A stretch of DNA of 61,682 bases, the filler included, from Chiloscyllium plagiosum (lineage: Eukaryota), in NCBI RefSeq assembly GCF_004010195.1. It is 3 parts of one record of this genome, joined end to end, with 100 filler letters (N's around TTAATTAATTAA, not from the genome) between each part and the next. Parts side by side here need not be neighbours in the genome. Positions count along the whole stretch, not along the records: positions 1 to 31,068 come from NC_057716.1; positions 31,169 to 52,828 come from NC_057716.1; 1 more part is not named here. One strand, given 5' to 3'. Shown here in pieces: positions 25,884-37,944 of the stretch (positions within the stretch are counted from its first letter, which is position 1; every line of letters begins with the position of its first letter). The notes beneath the pieces were generated by a model that saw only the letters and a list, made by a program, of their open reading frames with translations, did not search any database and was not told the origin of the DNA. The translations under genes and the position numbers were made by a program.

Positions 25884-27198
25884 TCAGAACACTATTTGGT
25901 CTTCCTTCTCCAGAGACATTCACTAGTTTGCAGGGGGCACAGGGGGTAGAAAGTCCTTGGACTTGTTAGTTAAAAATCACAGCTTATAGTAAGAAATATA
26001 AACTGAAATAAACATCAATTGGTTTTATTCTGCCTTAAAGTGACTTTTACTGCAGAGAACAGAGAGAGCTCTTGAGTAATAATGTAGACCCAAAGGATTC
26101 TCACAGTACAGTTCAAGTTCCCAAGCTGTTCAGCTCCCTGAGACCTAATTGTATAGTGGGTGACTAGCAGAAGGCCTTTGCCTTTGATAGCTAGACCCTA
26201 GTGCACAGACCAATCAGCTTCTTGCTGCTAAGCAAAATTCCATTTGTACACAACTGTTTGACCCCAACTCAACTGCAAACTACACTCCAACTAGTACTGG
26301 AACCCATACCTGTGTAAACAGTGTTTATAATGATTTGGCAGTTTATTTGCTCAAAATATACAGCAATCCTCTAGTATCCTTGATTTTTAAACAGTTCTTT
26401 TCCCATTGTACTTAATTAAAAATGCAAAAGAGGGAAAGACACAGTATATTACCATTCCAACTGGTCAGTTTTTATTCAGTTTAACATTGTTGGTGGGAAG
26501 GCTTTCGAAATGACAAGCAGGGAGGGAAGGTGGAGGGGAAATCCCTTTCAGAGATTTGTGTTAATAAAGGAAAGTCAGCATGGATTTGTTCAAAGGCAGT
26601 TCTAGTTTGATTAGCTAAATATTATTTTTTGATGGACTATCAAGAAGATCTATCAATTATATGCAATGTATATTGCCAATATGGATTTCAAAAAAATTAG
26701 TGACAAAGTACCACATAAAAGGTTGGTGAACAAAATTGATTTTCAATGAAAAGCAGGGTCTGTAGTAGCACAGATAAAAGAATTGGCATTAGGCCAGAAA
26801 ACAGTGAGGTGTGGTGTTTGTTTTCACACATGGCTAGGCAAGTGGCAAGTAATATTTACACCAGAAAAATGCCAGGCAATGACCAATACCAACGAGAGAG
26901 AATTTAACCATTTGATAAACTACATTCCACTCTCCTGGATGAGTGTACCCTAAACAGCACTCAAGAAGCTTGACCCTATCTACGACAATACTGCCCAGTT
27001 GATTGGCAATATTCACTCCCTCCTCCCCTCAGGATCAGTTGCAGCAGTACACCAGAAAAATGCCAGGCAATGACCAATACCAACGAGAGAGAATTTAACC
27101 ATTTGATAAACTACATTCCACTCTCCTGGATGAGTGTACCTTAAACAGCACTCAAGAAGCTTGACCCTATCTACGACAATACTGCCCAATTGATTGGC

Positions 27199-27329
27199 TC
27201 ATTCCTGAAGAAGGGCCTGTGCCCGAAACGTCGAATCTCCTGTTCCCTGGATGCTGCCTGACCTGCTGTGCTGTTCCAGCAATAAAGTTTCAACTTTGAT
27301 CTCCAGCATCTGCAGACCTCACTTTCTCC
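27199..27329 (+). mobile_element. 131-bp PLE-derived mini-insert carrying a hammerhead
   Basis: Boundaries defined by the empty site in the adjacent tandem copy. TGGC duplicated at 27195-27198 and 27330-27333. Confidence 0.85.
27201..27236 (+). ncRNA. Minimal type-I hammerhead ribozyme motif (Penelope-associated), intact core
   Basis: ATTC CTGAAGA A GGGC-CTGT-GCCC GAAA CG TC GAAT. Stem I ATTC/GAAT, stem II GGGC/GCCC, loopless palindromic ACGT stem III, GUC cleavage triplet. Confidence 0.8.
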
Positions 27330-28695
27330 TGGCAACATTCACTCCCTCCTCCCCTCAGGATCAGTTGCAGCAGAGTGTGCCATCTATAAGGTGCACTGTG
27401 AAAATTCACCAGGGCTCCATAGGCATCACCTTTGAAAAACATGATCACAGCCATCCAGAAGGACAAGGGCAGAAGGTGCACAGGAGCACTTTCACCTGCA
27501 ATTTCCTGTCCAACCTATCAACATCCCTGATTTGGAATTATGCCATTATTCCTTTACCAGAGAAGGATCAAAATTCTGGAACTCCCTCCTTAACAACATT
27601 GTGAGTGTACTTAAAATGGGCTACAAAGGTTTAAGAAGACAGCTCACCACCTCATTTTTTAGGCCAGTCAGGGATGGGCAGTAAACATTAGCATAGTCCC
27701 TGAAGCCCACATCCCCATGAATGAATAACATGAAGTATTGGTGGGAACATGAGCCCTTCAGTACTGGCTGTCACACAACCATCTGGCATTTGGTGGGGTG
27801 TTATTTGGCTAAAGGCAGACCTCTGCCCCCATTTGGGTGGAAATCCCATCTTTGAGATCTGCCACTCAGTTTGTTTGAAGGTAGGTGAGAGACTTTTGGA
27901 GAGGTTGAGGGACTTGATTTGAGAGACCTGGATCAGAAGAACTAGAGGGGAATATAGCAATGGGACTGGGGCAAAGAGCAACAGGGGACTCTGAAGAAGG
28001 TATCCTATCTTGCCCTTCATTAATCGTGTAGCTAATGCTACCAGGCTACTCACTTGGCATGAACCTCTGTTTGCTGTAGATAAAATACCAGTGTGGATAG
28101 TGCAAGGCATTTGAGATTACATTAATTGGCCATGATGTAGAATATTTAATTTCAAGCCTATGGAAGTACTTTTTTGAAATATCGCCAATGTTGCAAAGTA
28201 TCAACTTCAGGAGCCAAAATGCATCCAGCTTTTTCCCACCCAACTGCAGTGTCTTTATGACAAGGTGATCTCTCTTTGTGACGTTGACTGTGGGGACAAA
28301 TATTGGTCAGATATAGCCCACCTGCTCTTTTTCCTGTATGTTATGTCATGGGATATTTTCCATGGACTGAAGTGTGCAGACAAGGTCTTGGTGTAATGTC
28401 TCATCTGAAAGAAGGCATCTCCCACAGTGCAGAATTTCCACAAACCTGCATGGAAATGTCAGCCTAGAGTTTGTGCTCAGGTCCAGGAGGGGGATTTGAA
28501 ACCCACAAACGTCTGACCCCTCCTTGTGCCCAATATGTAAAATGAAAGGGGAAGGGTCAGCTGGAATTATGAAATAATTGTTCGAGTCCAAGTAAAAAAT
28601 TCTACACCTTCATGTATTAATGTGATAATTATTTTGCACATGATTCTGACCAACTTACTGTTTTCATTAAGAAAAGTAAATGATCTCTGTTACAG

Positions 28696-28957
28696 AACTT
28701 CAATGACCATACCACTAAGTCAGAAATCTCGGTATGCCACCTATTTTGATGTTGCCGTAATGCGCTGTCTGCTGCAGCCCCATTGGTCTGAAGAAGGTAT
28801 TCACTGGGCACTGATGTATTCCTTACAAAGGCTTCGACAGATTCTAGAGGAGAAGCCAGATAGACCCTCTGAGCCTGAAATAACTCACTTACCCAGACCA
28901 CGCAGTAGTTCCATGGTAGCTGCAGCTCCTTCGCTGGTTAACACTCATAAAACACAG
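28696..28957 (+). CDS. UNC80: UNC80 internal coding exon, about exon 8; phase 2 to 0
   Basis: gttacag|A acceptor and CAG|gtatgg donor. Translates (R)TSMTIPLSQKSRYATYFDVAVMRCLLQPHWSEEG...PRPRSSSMVAAAPSLVNTHKTQ. 262 bp. Confidence 0.97.
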
Positions 28958-30066
28958 GTATGGAACAATTAAACTCAGACCTTTGCTCTTTAATAATACA
29001 TTTCTACACCGGGATTGCTTTGAATGTTCCAACTCAGAACCTTACAGTGCAAGTAACCCATCAATCTCTTCAACTCATTTCCTGTTTAAGTTTACACATT
29101 ACTTTCAGAACTTGCTGTTTCGGGGAAATCCTGGGGCCTGATTTTTTTCAAATCGGGAACGTACAGTCAGGATCTGAGAGTTGGACTGAGAAAAAAAGTG
29201 TTGCAGGTGTTCCAATTTTCATTCTTGACTAGAGGTTGGGCAGGGACATAAAAATGGGAATTATAGCCCCAGAGGGAGTTTGGAGGTTGTCCAGGTGTGG
29301 AGCCATGAGGGCCCATCAGTGGCCTCAGTGATCAAGCACTTTGCTGACAATTTAAAGAGCATTAAACAAAAAACAGCATTCATTCCTGCTCCATCTATGC
29401 CAATGGGTTTCACCTCATGCCGCTCTCTTCATATTCTTCTCTTTTTATTCTCTCTGTGGAACTCTATTGCCCTCTGCCCAAACTTTGGTTCTTCATAGCT
29501 CTTCTGCCAACTTATAGTAGTGTCAGCACATGCCAACTACTCTTTGCCCTTGCATTAACGATGCCAAATCATCCAGAACCCACCATGGACAGACATCAGG
29601 ATTCTTGCTGAGGTTATAGAAAGCATTCAATTGACAATAGGTGCAGGAGTAGGCCATTCGGCCCTTTGAGCCAGCACCACCATTCGCTGTGATCATGGCT
29701 GATCACCTACAATCAGAATCCTGTCCCTGCCTTCAACAGGCTATTAATGAAATCGCTATTTAAAAAGACACTATCGAAAAAATGTGTTCACTATATATAA
29801 TTTTCTTTAATCCGATAGGAAAGTAAACACAAAATTTCACAGCCCAACTTCGTGAATTAAAAAGTATTTGGAGCTGTCATTCAGTCTCTGAATTGGGGAA
29901 CACCATGAAGTGTTGTAGCAGTAATCTTGTCATGATGGCCATCAGGCTTCTGACAGAGTGAAATAGTAGGCACTGTTCATATTTAACAGGAAGGTTTTCA
30001 CAAATATTCAAGGGTCAAAAACCTATAATGTTTTAATGGCTCACTTTGATCGCTATCATTACAGCG

Positions 30067-31068
30067 AATCGGACAGTCCGTCCTGACCTCTGCCTGGACA
30101 GAGAGCTCTGGACTCTTTCTGGACAACAGTCCCGACCTTTATCTGGACTGTTCCCCCACACCTCTATTCAGACAGTTTATCCGGACTCTCCCCCCTGAGC
30201 TCTATCCTGACAGTTTATCCGGACCGTTCACTCGGCCTCTATCCGGACTCTTCCACCTGAGCTCTATCCGGACAGTTCCCCCCGAGCTCTATCCCGACAG
30301 TGCTCCCTGAGCTCAATCCCGACAGTTTTCCCTGAGCTCTGGTCGGAAAACTCCCCCATCCACTATCCAGACAATTCCCCCTGAGCTCTTCCCGGACAGT
30401 TTCCCCTGAGCTCTATCTGGAAAGTCCTCCCTGAACTCTACACGGACATTTCCCCTGGACCTCTATCCAGACAGTTTCCCCCTGAGCTCTATCCGGACAG
30501 TTCCCCCAGAGCTCTATAGGGACAGTTCCCACTGAGCTCTATCCGGATAGTTCTCCCTGAGCCCTATCCAGACAGTGACCTCTGGGCTTTATCTGGATAG
30601 TTCTCCCTGAGCTCTATCCAGACAGTTCCCCCTGAGCCTTATCCGGACAGTTCCCCCTGAGCTCTATCCGGACAGATCCCCCCGAGCTCTATCCGGACAG
30701 TTTCCCCTGAAAACTCCCTCATCCACTTTCCAGACTGTTCCCCCTGAGCTCTAGCCAGACAATCCCCTCTGACCCCTACCCAGACAATTTCCCCTGAGCT
30801 CTATCCGGACAGTTCCCCCTGAACTCTACGCGGACATTTCCCCCGGATCTCTTTCCAGACATTTCCCCCTGAGCTCTATCGGGACAGTTCCCCCTGAGCT
30901 CTATCGGGACAGTTCCTCCTGAGCTCTATCGGGACAGTTCTCCCTGAGCTCTATCCGGAGAGTTCTCCCTGAGCTCTATCCGGAGAGTTCTCCCTGAGCT
31001 CTATCCGGAGAGTTCCCCCGAGCTCTATCCGGACAGTTCCCCCTGAGCTCTGGTCGGAAAAATCCACT
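30067..31068. repeat. Minisatellite, about 25-bp unit CTGAGCTCTATCCGGACAGTTCCCC
   Basis: About 1 kb of tandem units, more degenerate at left and more homogeneous at right. Runs into the gap. Confidence 0.95.
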
Positions 31069-31168
31069 NNNNNNNNNNNNNNNNNNNNNNNNNNNNNNNN
31101 NNNNNNNNNNNNTTAATTAATTAANNNNNNNNNNNNNNNNNNNNNNNNNNNNNNNNNNNNNNNNNNNN
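31069..31168. other. Synthetic assembly spacer (44 N + TTAATTAATTAA + 44 N)
   Basis: Exactly 100 bp. The palindromic 12-mer gives stops in all six frames. Identical to the second spacer. Confidence 0.97.
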
Positions 31169-31330
31169 CTCGTGGGAGCACGAGGCAGCGCTGATACAAG
31201 GAAAAGGTGGGGGGTGGGGCCAGTGTAGTTGCGGAAGATGGACTGTTCCACATATCCTACGAAGAGGCAGGCATAGCTGGGGCCCATGCGGGTGCCCATG
31301 GCTACTCCTTTCGTTTGGAGGAAGTGGGAG
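31169..31330 (-). mobile_element. PLE reverse transcriptase fragment
   Basis: HFLQTKGVAMGTRMGPSYACLFVGYVEQ contains the QxxGxxMG motif typical of Penelope RT. Confidence 0.85.
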
Positions 31331-31332
31331 GA

Positions 31333-32033
31333 TCTCATGGCTGATCTTCCTCAATCAGTGTCCTGTTCCTGCCTTATCTCCATAACCCTTGATTCCACTA
31401 TCCTTGAGAGCTCTATCCAACTCTTTCTTAAACGAATCCAGAGACTGGGCCTCCACTGCCTTTTGGGGCAGAGCATTCCACACACCCACCTGGGGTCTGG
31501 CTGGTAAATGAAAAATTGGAAGATGGGTTGTTTGGAGGGCTGTGCAGTGCCTCCAATACTTCAACTTCACCTCTGCACATTGCTAACAAATTATTTCAAT
31601 CTGTTTGGTGACTTCCCAAATGACATTGGGATCTTGATCAACTGGGCAGTGAACTGAAAATGGTAGATGGAGTTTAATTTAGATAAATATGAGGTGTTGC
31701 ATTTGCGTAAGACTAACCAGGGCAGGACTTACACAGTTAGTGGTTCGGCCTATAGACATGACCTATGACTTTCATGAAAAGTACTGATCAACACATCTCA
31801 GTCTTAAAATCACCAATCCTAAGGAAAAGACACCTACCATTAACCCTATCTATGCCCCTCATTATTTTATAAACTTCTATAAGGCCAACTCTCAACCTCC
31901 TACACTCTGGTGAAAAAAAGTCCCAGTCTATCAAGCCTTTCTTTATAACTCAAACCTTCCATATCCAGCAACATCCTGGTAAATATCTTATGAACCCTCT
32001 CCAGCTTGATAATATCCCTTCTATAACTGGGTG
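31333..32033. mobile_element. CR1 fragments: 31333-31490(-), 31615-31745(+), 31820-32033(-)
   Basis: VWNALPQKAVEAQSLDSFKKELD; MEFNLDKYEVLH. Confidence 0.8.
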
Positions 32034-33204
32034 ACTTTCCCATGAAAAGCAGCATAAATAGGCCAATGTGTTATCCCAAAGACAGTGAAATGAAATCAGA
32101 GAACGTGTTTACAAATGAGATGCTTGTATAAGCAAAACGCAGTTTCAGCCATGCCGTAAAAAGATGAATTATACAGAATCTCAGAGCAACAGCAAATTTA
32201 ACAGATGGCAAAACAAAAACCTCTGATTGTACCGCAGGTTTCATAAACAGTAGATGTCTCCAAACAGTTAATCACTTTTGAAATGTATGAACAGTTACAC
32301 CATAAAAAAGCAACTGATTTACACATGAGTAATTCCCACAAACAGCAATTAATAACGATTGGATAATCTCTTTTTTGGGCATTGTGGCAAATATTGGACA
32401 GAATACCAGGTTGAACTCCCTTGCTTTTCTTTGAAAGATGTTATGTTGATTTGAAAGACATGACAGCGTCAGGTTAACTCCTCAATCAAAAGACAGGACA
32501 TCCAACAATGCAGAGCTTCCTCAGTGCTGCAGTGTACTGTCAGTCTAGATTTGTCTTCCTGTTTCTCAAATTCAAAGACAGAAGTTTGTCAAGGGACTAT
32601 TGCTGACACTGTGTAAGGGAGTTCAGAGTGTGCATCGCCAAGGGCCATATCCAGCACCTCAAGAACAATGTTGGAGTTGAAGTGTGGTTACAAGTTTCTT
32701 GCAAGGGCTTGAGTAGTACATACAATAGACTTGATGCAAGTAAAGAAGGAAATTTAAAATATAAAATTTTGAGCAAATTACACCTGAAATGTTGGGTAAC
32801 TTTGAGAATTTGAGAGGACAACAATATGGGTTGAAGAACAGAAAAGAGGAAAAGTACAGTCTTCTTCACACTGGAAGACAGTGGGGGTGCTCCCCAAGCT
32901 TTAATTCTAGCTACATTGCCTTTTTGATGTAAATTAATTGCATTAGATACTCAAATACAGAACAAAATTTCAAAATTTGGCAATGATATTGAACTTGCAG
33001 GTATGACACATATTGAGGATGACGCCAATCAATTACAATAAAATAGCAGTATGTGAGTAGAATGGACAGAAAAAAGGAGGAACAGAATTTAATGCAATGA
33101 AGTGTGAGATGGTGCATTTTGGAAGAAGGGATGAGGAGAGGTGAGATTGGCACAAATCTAAAGAGTGTGCAGTTGTTTGTGCATTATTTCTGAATGTGGC
33201 AATG

Positions 33205-35066
33205 CAGAGAAAGTAGGAGCAGGAGTAGGCCATTCAGCTTGCTGTATGTTTCAATATGGTCTTGGCTGATTATCTAACTCAGTGCCCTGTTCCTGCTTTC
33301 TCCCCATACCCTTTGACCTCTTTATCCCTAGGAACTATATCTAACTCCTTCATGAAAGCATTCAATGTTTTGTCCCGAACTGCATTTTGTAGCAGAGAAT
33401 TCCCCAGGCTCACCAATCTCTGGGTGAAGTAATTTCTCTTCATCTCAGTCCTAACTGGCCTTCCCTCATGTTAAACTGTAACTCCTGGTTTATGACTCCC
33501 TAGTCGGGGAGAATATCTTCCTATCAAGTCCTGTCAGAATTTTATAGGTTTCTGTGGGATTCTTTTTCATTCTTTTCAACTCTTTTAAACTGAATATAGT
33601 CCTAACTGATCCAGCCTCTCTTCATATATTAGTTCTTTCATTCTAGGAATTGGTCTGTTAACCCTTCACTGCATTCCCTCCATAGTAGAACACAATACAC
33701 CAGGTATGGTCTCACCAAGGTCCTGTATAATTGCAGCAAGACATCCCTGCTCTTGCACTTGAATCCTCTCACTTTGAAGGCTAATGTACCATTTGCTCTA
33801 CATAGCGAGAGAGTAGAACATAGAAAGTACAACACAGTACAGGCCCTTTGGCCCTTGATGTTGTGCTGACCTTTTATCCTACTCTAAGATCAAACTAACC
33901 TACATACCCTTCATTTTACTATCATCCATGTGTCTTTCAAAGAGTTGTTTAAATGTCTCTAATGTATCTGACTCTACTACCACCGTTGGCAATGCATTCC
34001 ACGCACCCACCACTCTCTGTGTAAAGAACTAGCCTTTGAAATCTCCCCTAAATCTTCCTCCAATCACCTTAATATGATGCCCTCTTGTGATAGCGATTTC
34101 TGCCCTGGGAACAAGTCTCTGCCTATTCACCCTATCTATGCCTCTCATCATCTTGTACACCTCTATCAAGTCACCTCTCACCCTTCTTTGCTTCAGTGAG
34201 AAAAGCCTTAGCTCCCTCAACATTTCTTCATCAGACATGCCCTTCAGACCAGGCAGAATCCTGGTAAATCTCCTCTGCACCCTCTCTAAAGCTTCCACAT
34301 TCTTCCTATAATGAGACAACGAGAACGGAACATAATATTCCAAGTGTGGTCTGACCAGGCTCTGTAAAGGTACAGTAAAACCTTGCAGCTCTTAAACTCA
34401 ATCCTCCTGCAAAGCCAACACAGCATATGCTTTTTTAACAACCCTATCAACTTGGGTAGCGACTTTGAGAGATCTATGGACATGGACCCTAAGATTCCTG
34501 TTTTCTTCCACACTGCCAAGAATCCTGCCTTTAATCTTGCATTCTGTATTCAAATTCCACCTTCCAAAATGAATCACTTCACATTTTTCCAAGTTGAACT
34601 CCATCTGCCACTTATCAGCTCAGTTCTGTATCCTGTCAATGTCCTGTTGCAATCTACAACAGCCCTCCACACTATCCATCACTCCACCAACCTTCGTGTC
34701 ATTGGCAAACTTACTAACCCACCTTCCACTTCCTCATCCAAGTCATTTATAAAAATCACGAAGAGCAGAGGTCCAAGAACAGATCTCTAAGGAACACCAC
34801 TGGTCACTGAGTTCCGGGCTGAATACTTTCCATCTACTATCACCCTCTGTCTTCCGTTGGCCAGTTAAATATGTATCCAGATACCAAATCTCCCTGCATC
34901 CCATGCCTCCTTCCTTTCTGAATGAGCCAACCATGGGGAACCTTATCAAACACCTTACTAAAATGCATATACACTACATCCACTGCTCTGCCTTTATCGC
35001 TGTGTTTTGTCACGTCCTCAAAGAAGTCAATAAGGCTTGTGAGGCATGACCTGCCCCTCACAAAGG
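33205..35066 (-). mobile_element. Two adjacent CR1 LINEs (33205-33800 and 33805-35066)
   Basis: GRSCLTSLIDFFEDVT...VDVVYMHFSKVFDKVPH, MEFNLEKCEVIHFG and LERVQRRFTR. Confidence 0.9.
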
Positions 35067-36115
35067 CAGAGCAGAGGATTTGGGTTCTTGAGTTTTATAA
35101 ATAGTCATATTATGCACAATTTTACAAACCTCATGAGAGCAAGAATGGAGGCATGTTCCATGGCAAAATAGCATGGACCCAATTTAGACATTCTTTCCAA
35201 CCGCTCCCTCCTAACAACCGATGCTATTTCCAGTTGTGGCCAGTATAGTTGATTAGTGACAGACCAAATGGAGAGGTTGAAGGGCTAAACATAATTAATG
35301 AGCCAGTGGCACAAACTTTAGCAGATATCTGCAAACTCACCCTCAGGGGCACATATAAAGTATGGATTATTGGATAGTCACGAACTGCAATAAGCCAAGA
35401 ATTAGTCAGCAGAGTTGGAGGGTATATGGCAGGTTTATGAGTGTGTCTGCAGCATGTGTCATCAACCAACGCATCAGGACCAGTGTTGTGGTCCTGCAGG
35501 GGGTACAACCAAAGACAGTTTCTACTACTGGAAAGGCCAGATAGTATGGTAACAGATGCCATGGTTATTACCTACAAAGATATTGGGGTATAGAGATGAA
35601 GGAGTTTCACTGTAATTGTGTATGGCCTTGATGACCCTGCATCTTGAGTATGTGTATAGTTTTGGTCTCTTGTCTTAGAGGATGGCAATACAGGTTTAGT
35701 CGTCAGGTTTCTGGGATGAGGCAGTCATTCCATAAGAAGATATTGGGTAGACCAGGCTTGTAGTCCTGAGCATTCAGGAGAATGAGAGGTATTTCCCCAT
35801 TGAACCATGCTAAGCCTTGAATGACAAAGCAGACTTGAAGGTCAAGTTGCTTACTCCTGATACCTTTTCTTATAGTCTTATGTCTTTATTTTATCAGGCT
35901 TGCTGTAAACTGGAATGTGAAGTTGGCCTTTTCCGTGTGGTGGGCAGATGATATTGTTGGTTGCCATGAACTGGAAGCTCATTCACATGCTTTTGCATTG
36001 GCGTATATTGATGTGTTCAAGGAAATTTGCATGAATCCCCACAATATCATAGATAAGCAAGAGATCTCAGTTGTACATTTCAAAAAGCATGTTGGTTTGC
36101 ATATGTAATACCAAT

Positions 36116-36280
36116 GATGATGTAGAGGTGCCAGTGTTGGACTGCGGTGGATGGTTCAGGAGTCACCAGATTCTAGACCAACAGGTTTATTTGAAATCAC
36201 AAGCTCTTGGAGCACTGCTCGTTGGTCAGGAAACTTGTGATTTCAGATAAACCTGTTGGACTATAATCTGGTGTCCTATA
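36116..36280. repeat. Fold-back element, probably a further PLE-terminus family
   Basis: Inverted arms ccaacaggtttatttgaaatcacaag / cttgtgatttcagataaacctgttgg. The loop holds a degenerate GAGC-AGT-GCTC hairpin. Confidence 0.5.
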
Positions 36281-37004
36281 ATACTGTACTGATGAACTTA
36301 ACTTGCAGTTAGGCACCAGAGACATTGGAAGTTTACTGCACTCTAAGGTGTATATAGGGATCCTCTATAGTTCAGTTCATGTATTTTCACTTGACGTTTA
36401 TTTGATGATTTTACAAATAGTACAGCCACTTTGCTGGAACAAAACAATATTCTCTTCCTTGATTTTGTAAACATAACTAAATGATCTAGTCTACAGATTA
36501 CTTTATATTCTTCAGCCTTCTGAGGCATCCAATTCAATTCATTCTAGTGAAGTCATATTCCTAACTATTCTTTTCAGCTACTTGACAATGTTATTGACAG
36601 AGTAATTTAGGTGGGTCTGAGAAATAAAAATGCCAGTAAAATCTTATGCGTCAAGGATTTCTGTTTCCTAGAATAGCGTAAATACTCTTGCAACTGGTAT
36701 CCTGTCTTTTATTCAGAGGAACGTGGGAGAGGACCATAATAAGATTGTGCAGGAACCCTTATGACATTGTGAATGGATGGCACACATCCTAATTACCAAG
36801 GGGTTAATTCAACTTGCTTCCTGATGTTATTTTTCAAATATCTGGAGCAAAACAGTGTGTCACTTCCACTTCTCCCACCAAGATTCTAATTGCATTTTAG
36901 ATTCTTTTTTACTTTTTTAACACATATGTATACATTTTTAAAAAATTGACCATACCCATTTGAGAAACAGATATTGGCTAGCTGTGTATAGTGGCTCAAA
37001 TACA

Positions 37005-37190
37005 TAGAATGCTGAGGAAACCCAGCAGGTTTGGCAGTATCTGTAGAGTTACATTTCCTTTTAGCTCCGGATACTGGACTCGAAACATTAACTCTGGGTT
37101 TTCTCCACAGATGCTGCCAGACCTGCTGAGTTTCTTCAGCATCCTGTGTGTTTATTTCAGATTACCAAAATTCATAGTATTTGATTTTAT
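37005..37190. mobile_element. Second-subfamily fold-back PLE terminus, decayed
   Basis: Inverted arms atgctgaggaaacccagcaggtttggcagtatctgt / acagatgctgccagacctgctgagtttcttcagcat. Confidence 0.6.
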
Positions 37191-37837
37191 TTGAATAGAC
37201 TGGCTCTCCATTTGTCCTGTGATGGTATTGAGACTTTTTTAACTTCTCAAATCATTATTTTATGATTCCTGTCTTTCAGGTAAACTAACTGTAGATTTTA
37301 TTGTATTAATTGATGTGAAGAAAAGACACTTAGATAAGCACCTGAATAGGAAAGGTTTGAAGGTATATGGGCCACGAGCAGGCAGGTGGGACTAGTTTAG
37401 TTTGGGATTATGTTTGGCATGGACTGGTTGTCTGTTTCCGTGTTGTATGACTATGATTACTTATATCGAACCAACTAGGGAACTTGCTGCAAAACAACTG
37501 CCAACATTGCTGGCTTATCAACTACCAGACAGGGTGGGGCTAGAATAGGCTAAGTTATCTGCCTTTGATATTTTCCTTCTCTCTGTGGTGAATGCAGACC
37601 TCCTTAAACACAGAGCCTTTTACACCTTCAGTCTACAATGCTGCAGTAAATGCTCGATCTAACTTGCTATACACTATGCGTTAACAGAAAATGGGAGCTC
37701 TTTCTTTTTTTTATCTCGTTTCCTGTTTCTGCCTTGGGGGAGAAAACAAACAAGAGTCAATAGTAGCATTTGTTAAACTGTTGACCATCTGCTCTGTCAA
37801 TAAAGTCTCAACTTCTTTTCCTCTTCTTGTGCTGCAG

Positions 37838-37944
37838 TGACATGGAAGAACCGAAATGAGGACACAAACTTTTCCCAGAAGTACGTTACTGAACTCATCA
37901 AGGAAGAGAAACGCAAAGAGGTGGAGGAGGAAATCAGGGTGCAG
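37838..37944 (+). CDS. IQCA1: IQCA1/DRC11 (IQ and AAA domain protein) internal coding exon; phase 1 to 0
   Basis: Strong polypyrimidine tract, tgcag|TG acceptor and CAG|gtattg donor. Translates xTWKNRNEDTNFSQKYVTELIKEEKRKEVEEEIRVQ, resembling IQCA1 W..KDESWNFSQ.YD.ELIKEEKRKE...EIRIQ from memory. 107 bp; absent from the ORF track. Confidence 0.88.

Larger units (their letters stand above)
26857..27373 (+). repeat. 191-bp tandem duplication inside an old LINE fragment; second copy carries a PLE insert
   Basis: Copy 1 is 26857-27047. Copy 2 is 27048-27373 minus the insert. Nearly identical. Confidence 0.92.

Noticed and set aside
30067..31068. CRISPR-like array
   Set aside because: Units are contiguous with no unique spacers, there are no cas genes, and the context is vertebrate. 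It is a minisatellite.
31113..31124. TTAATTAATTAA as a biological motif, such as a piggyBac site or homeobox site
   Set aside because: It is centred in symmetric 44-N blocks and occurs twice identically, so it is an artificial linker.
31490..31575. Minus-strand exon-like segment GEVEVLEALHSPPNNPSSNFSFTSQTP
   Set aside because: The donor comes from the adjacent CR1 and no homologue is recognised.
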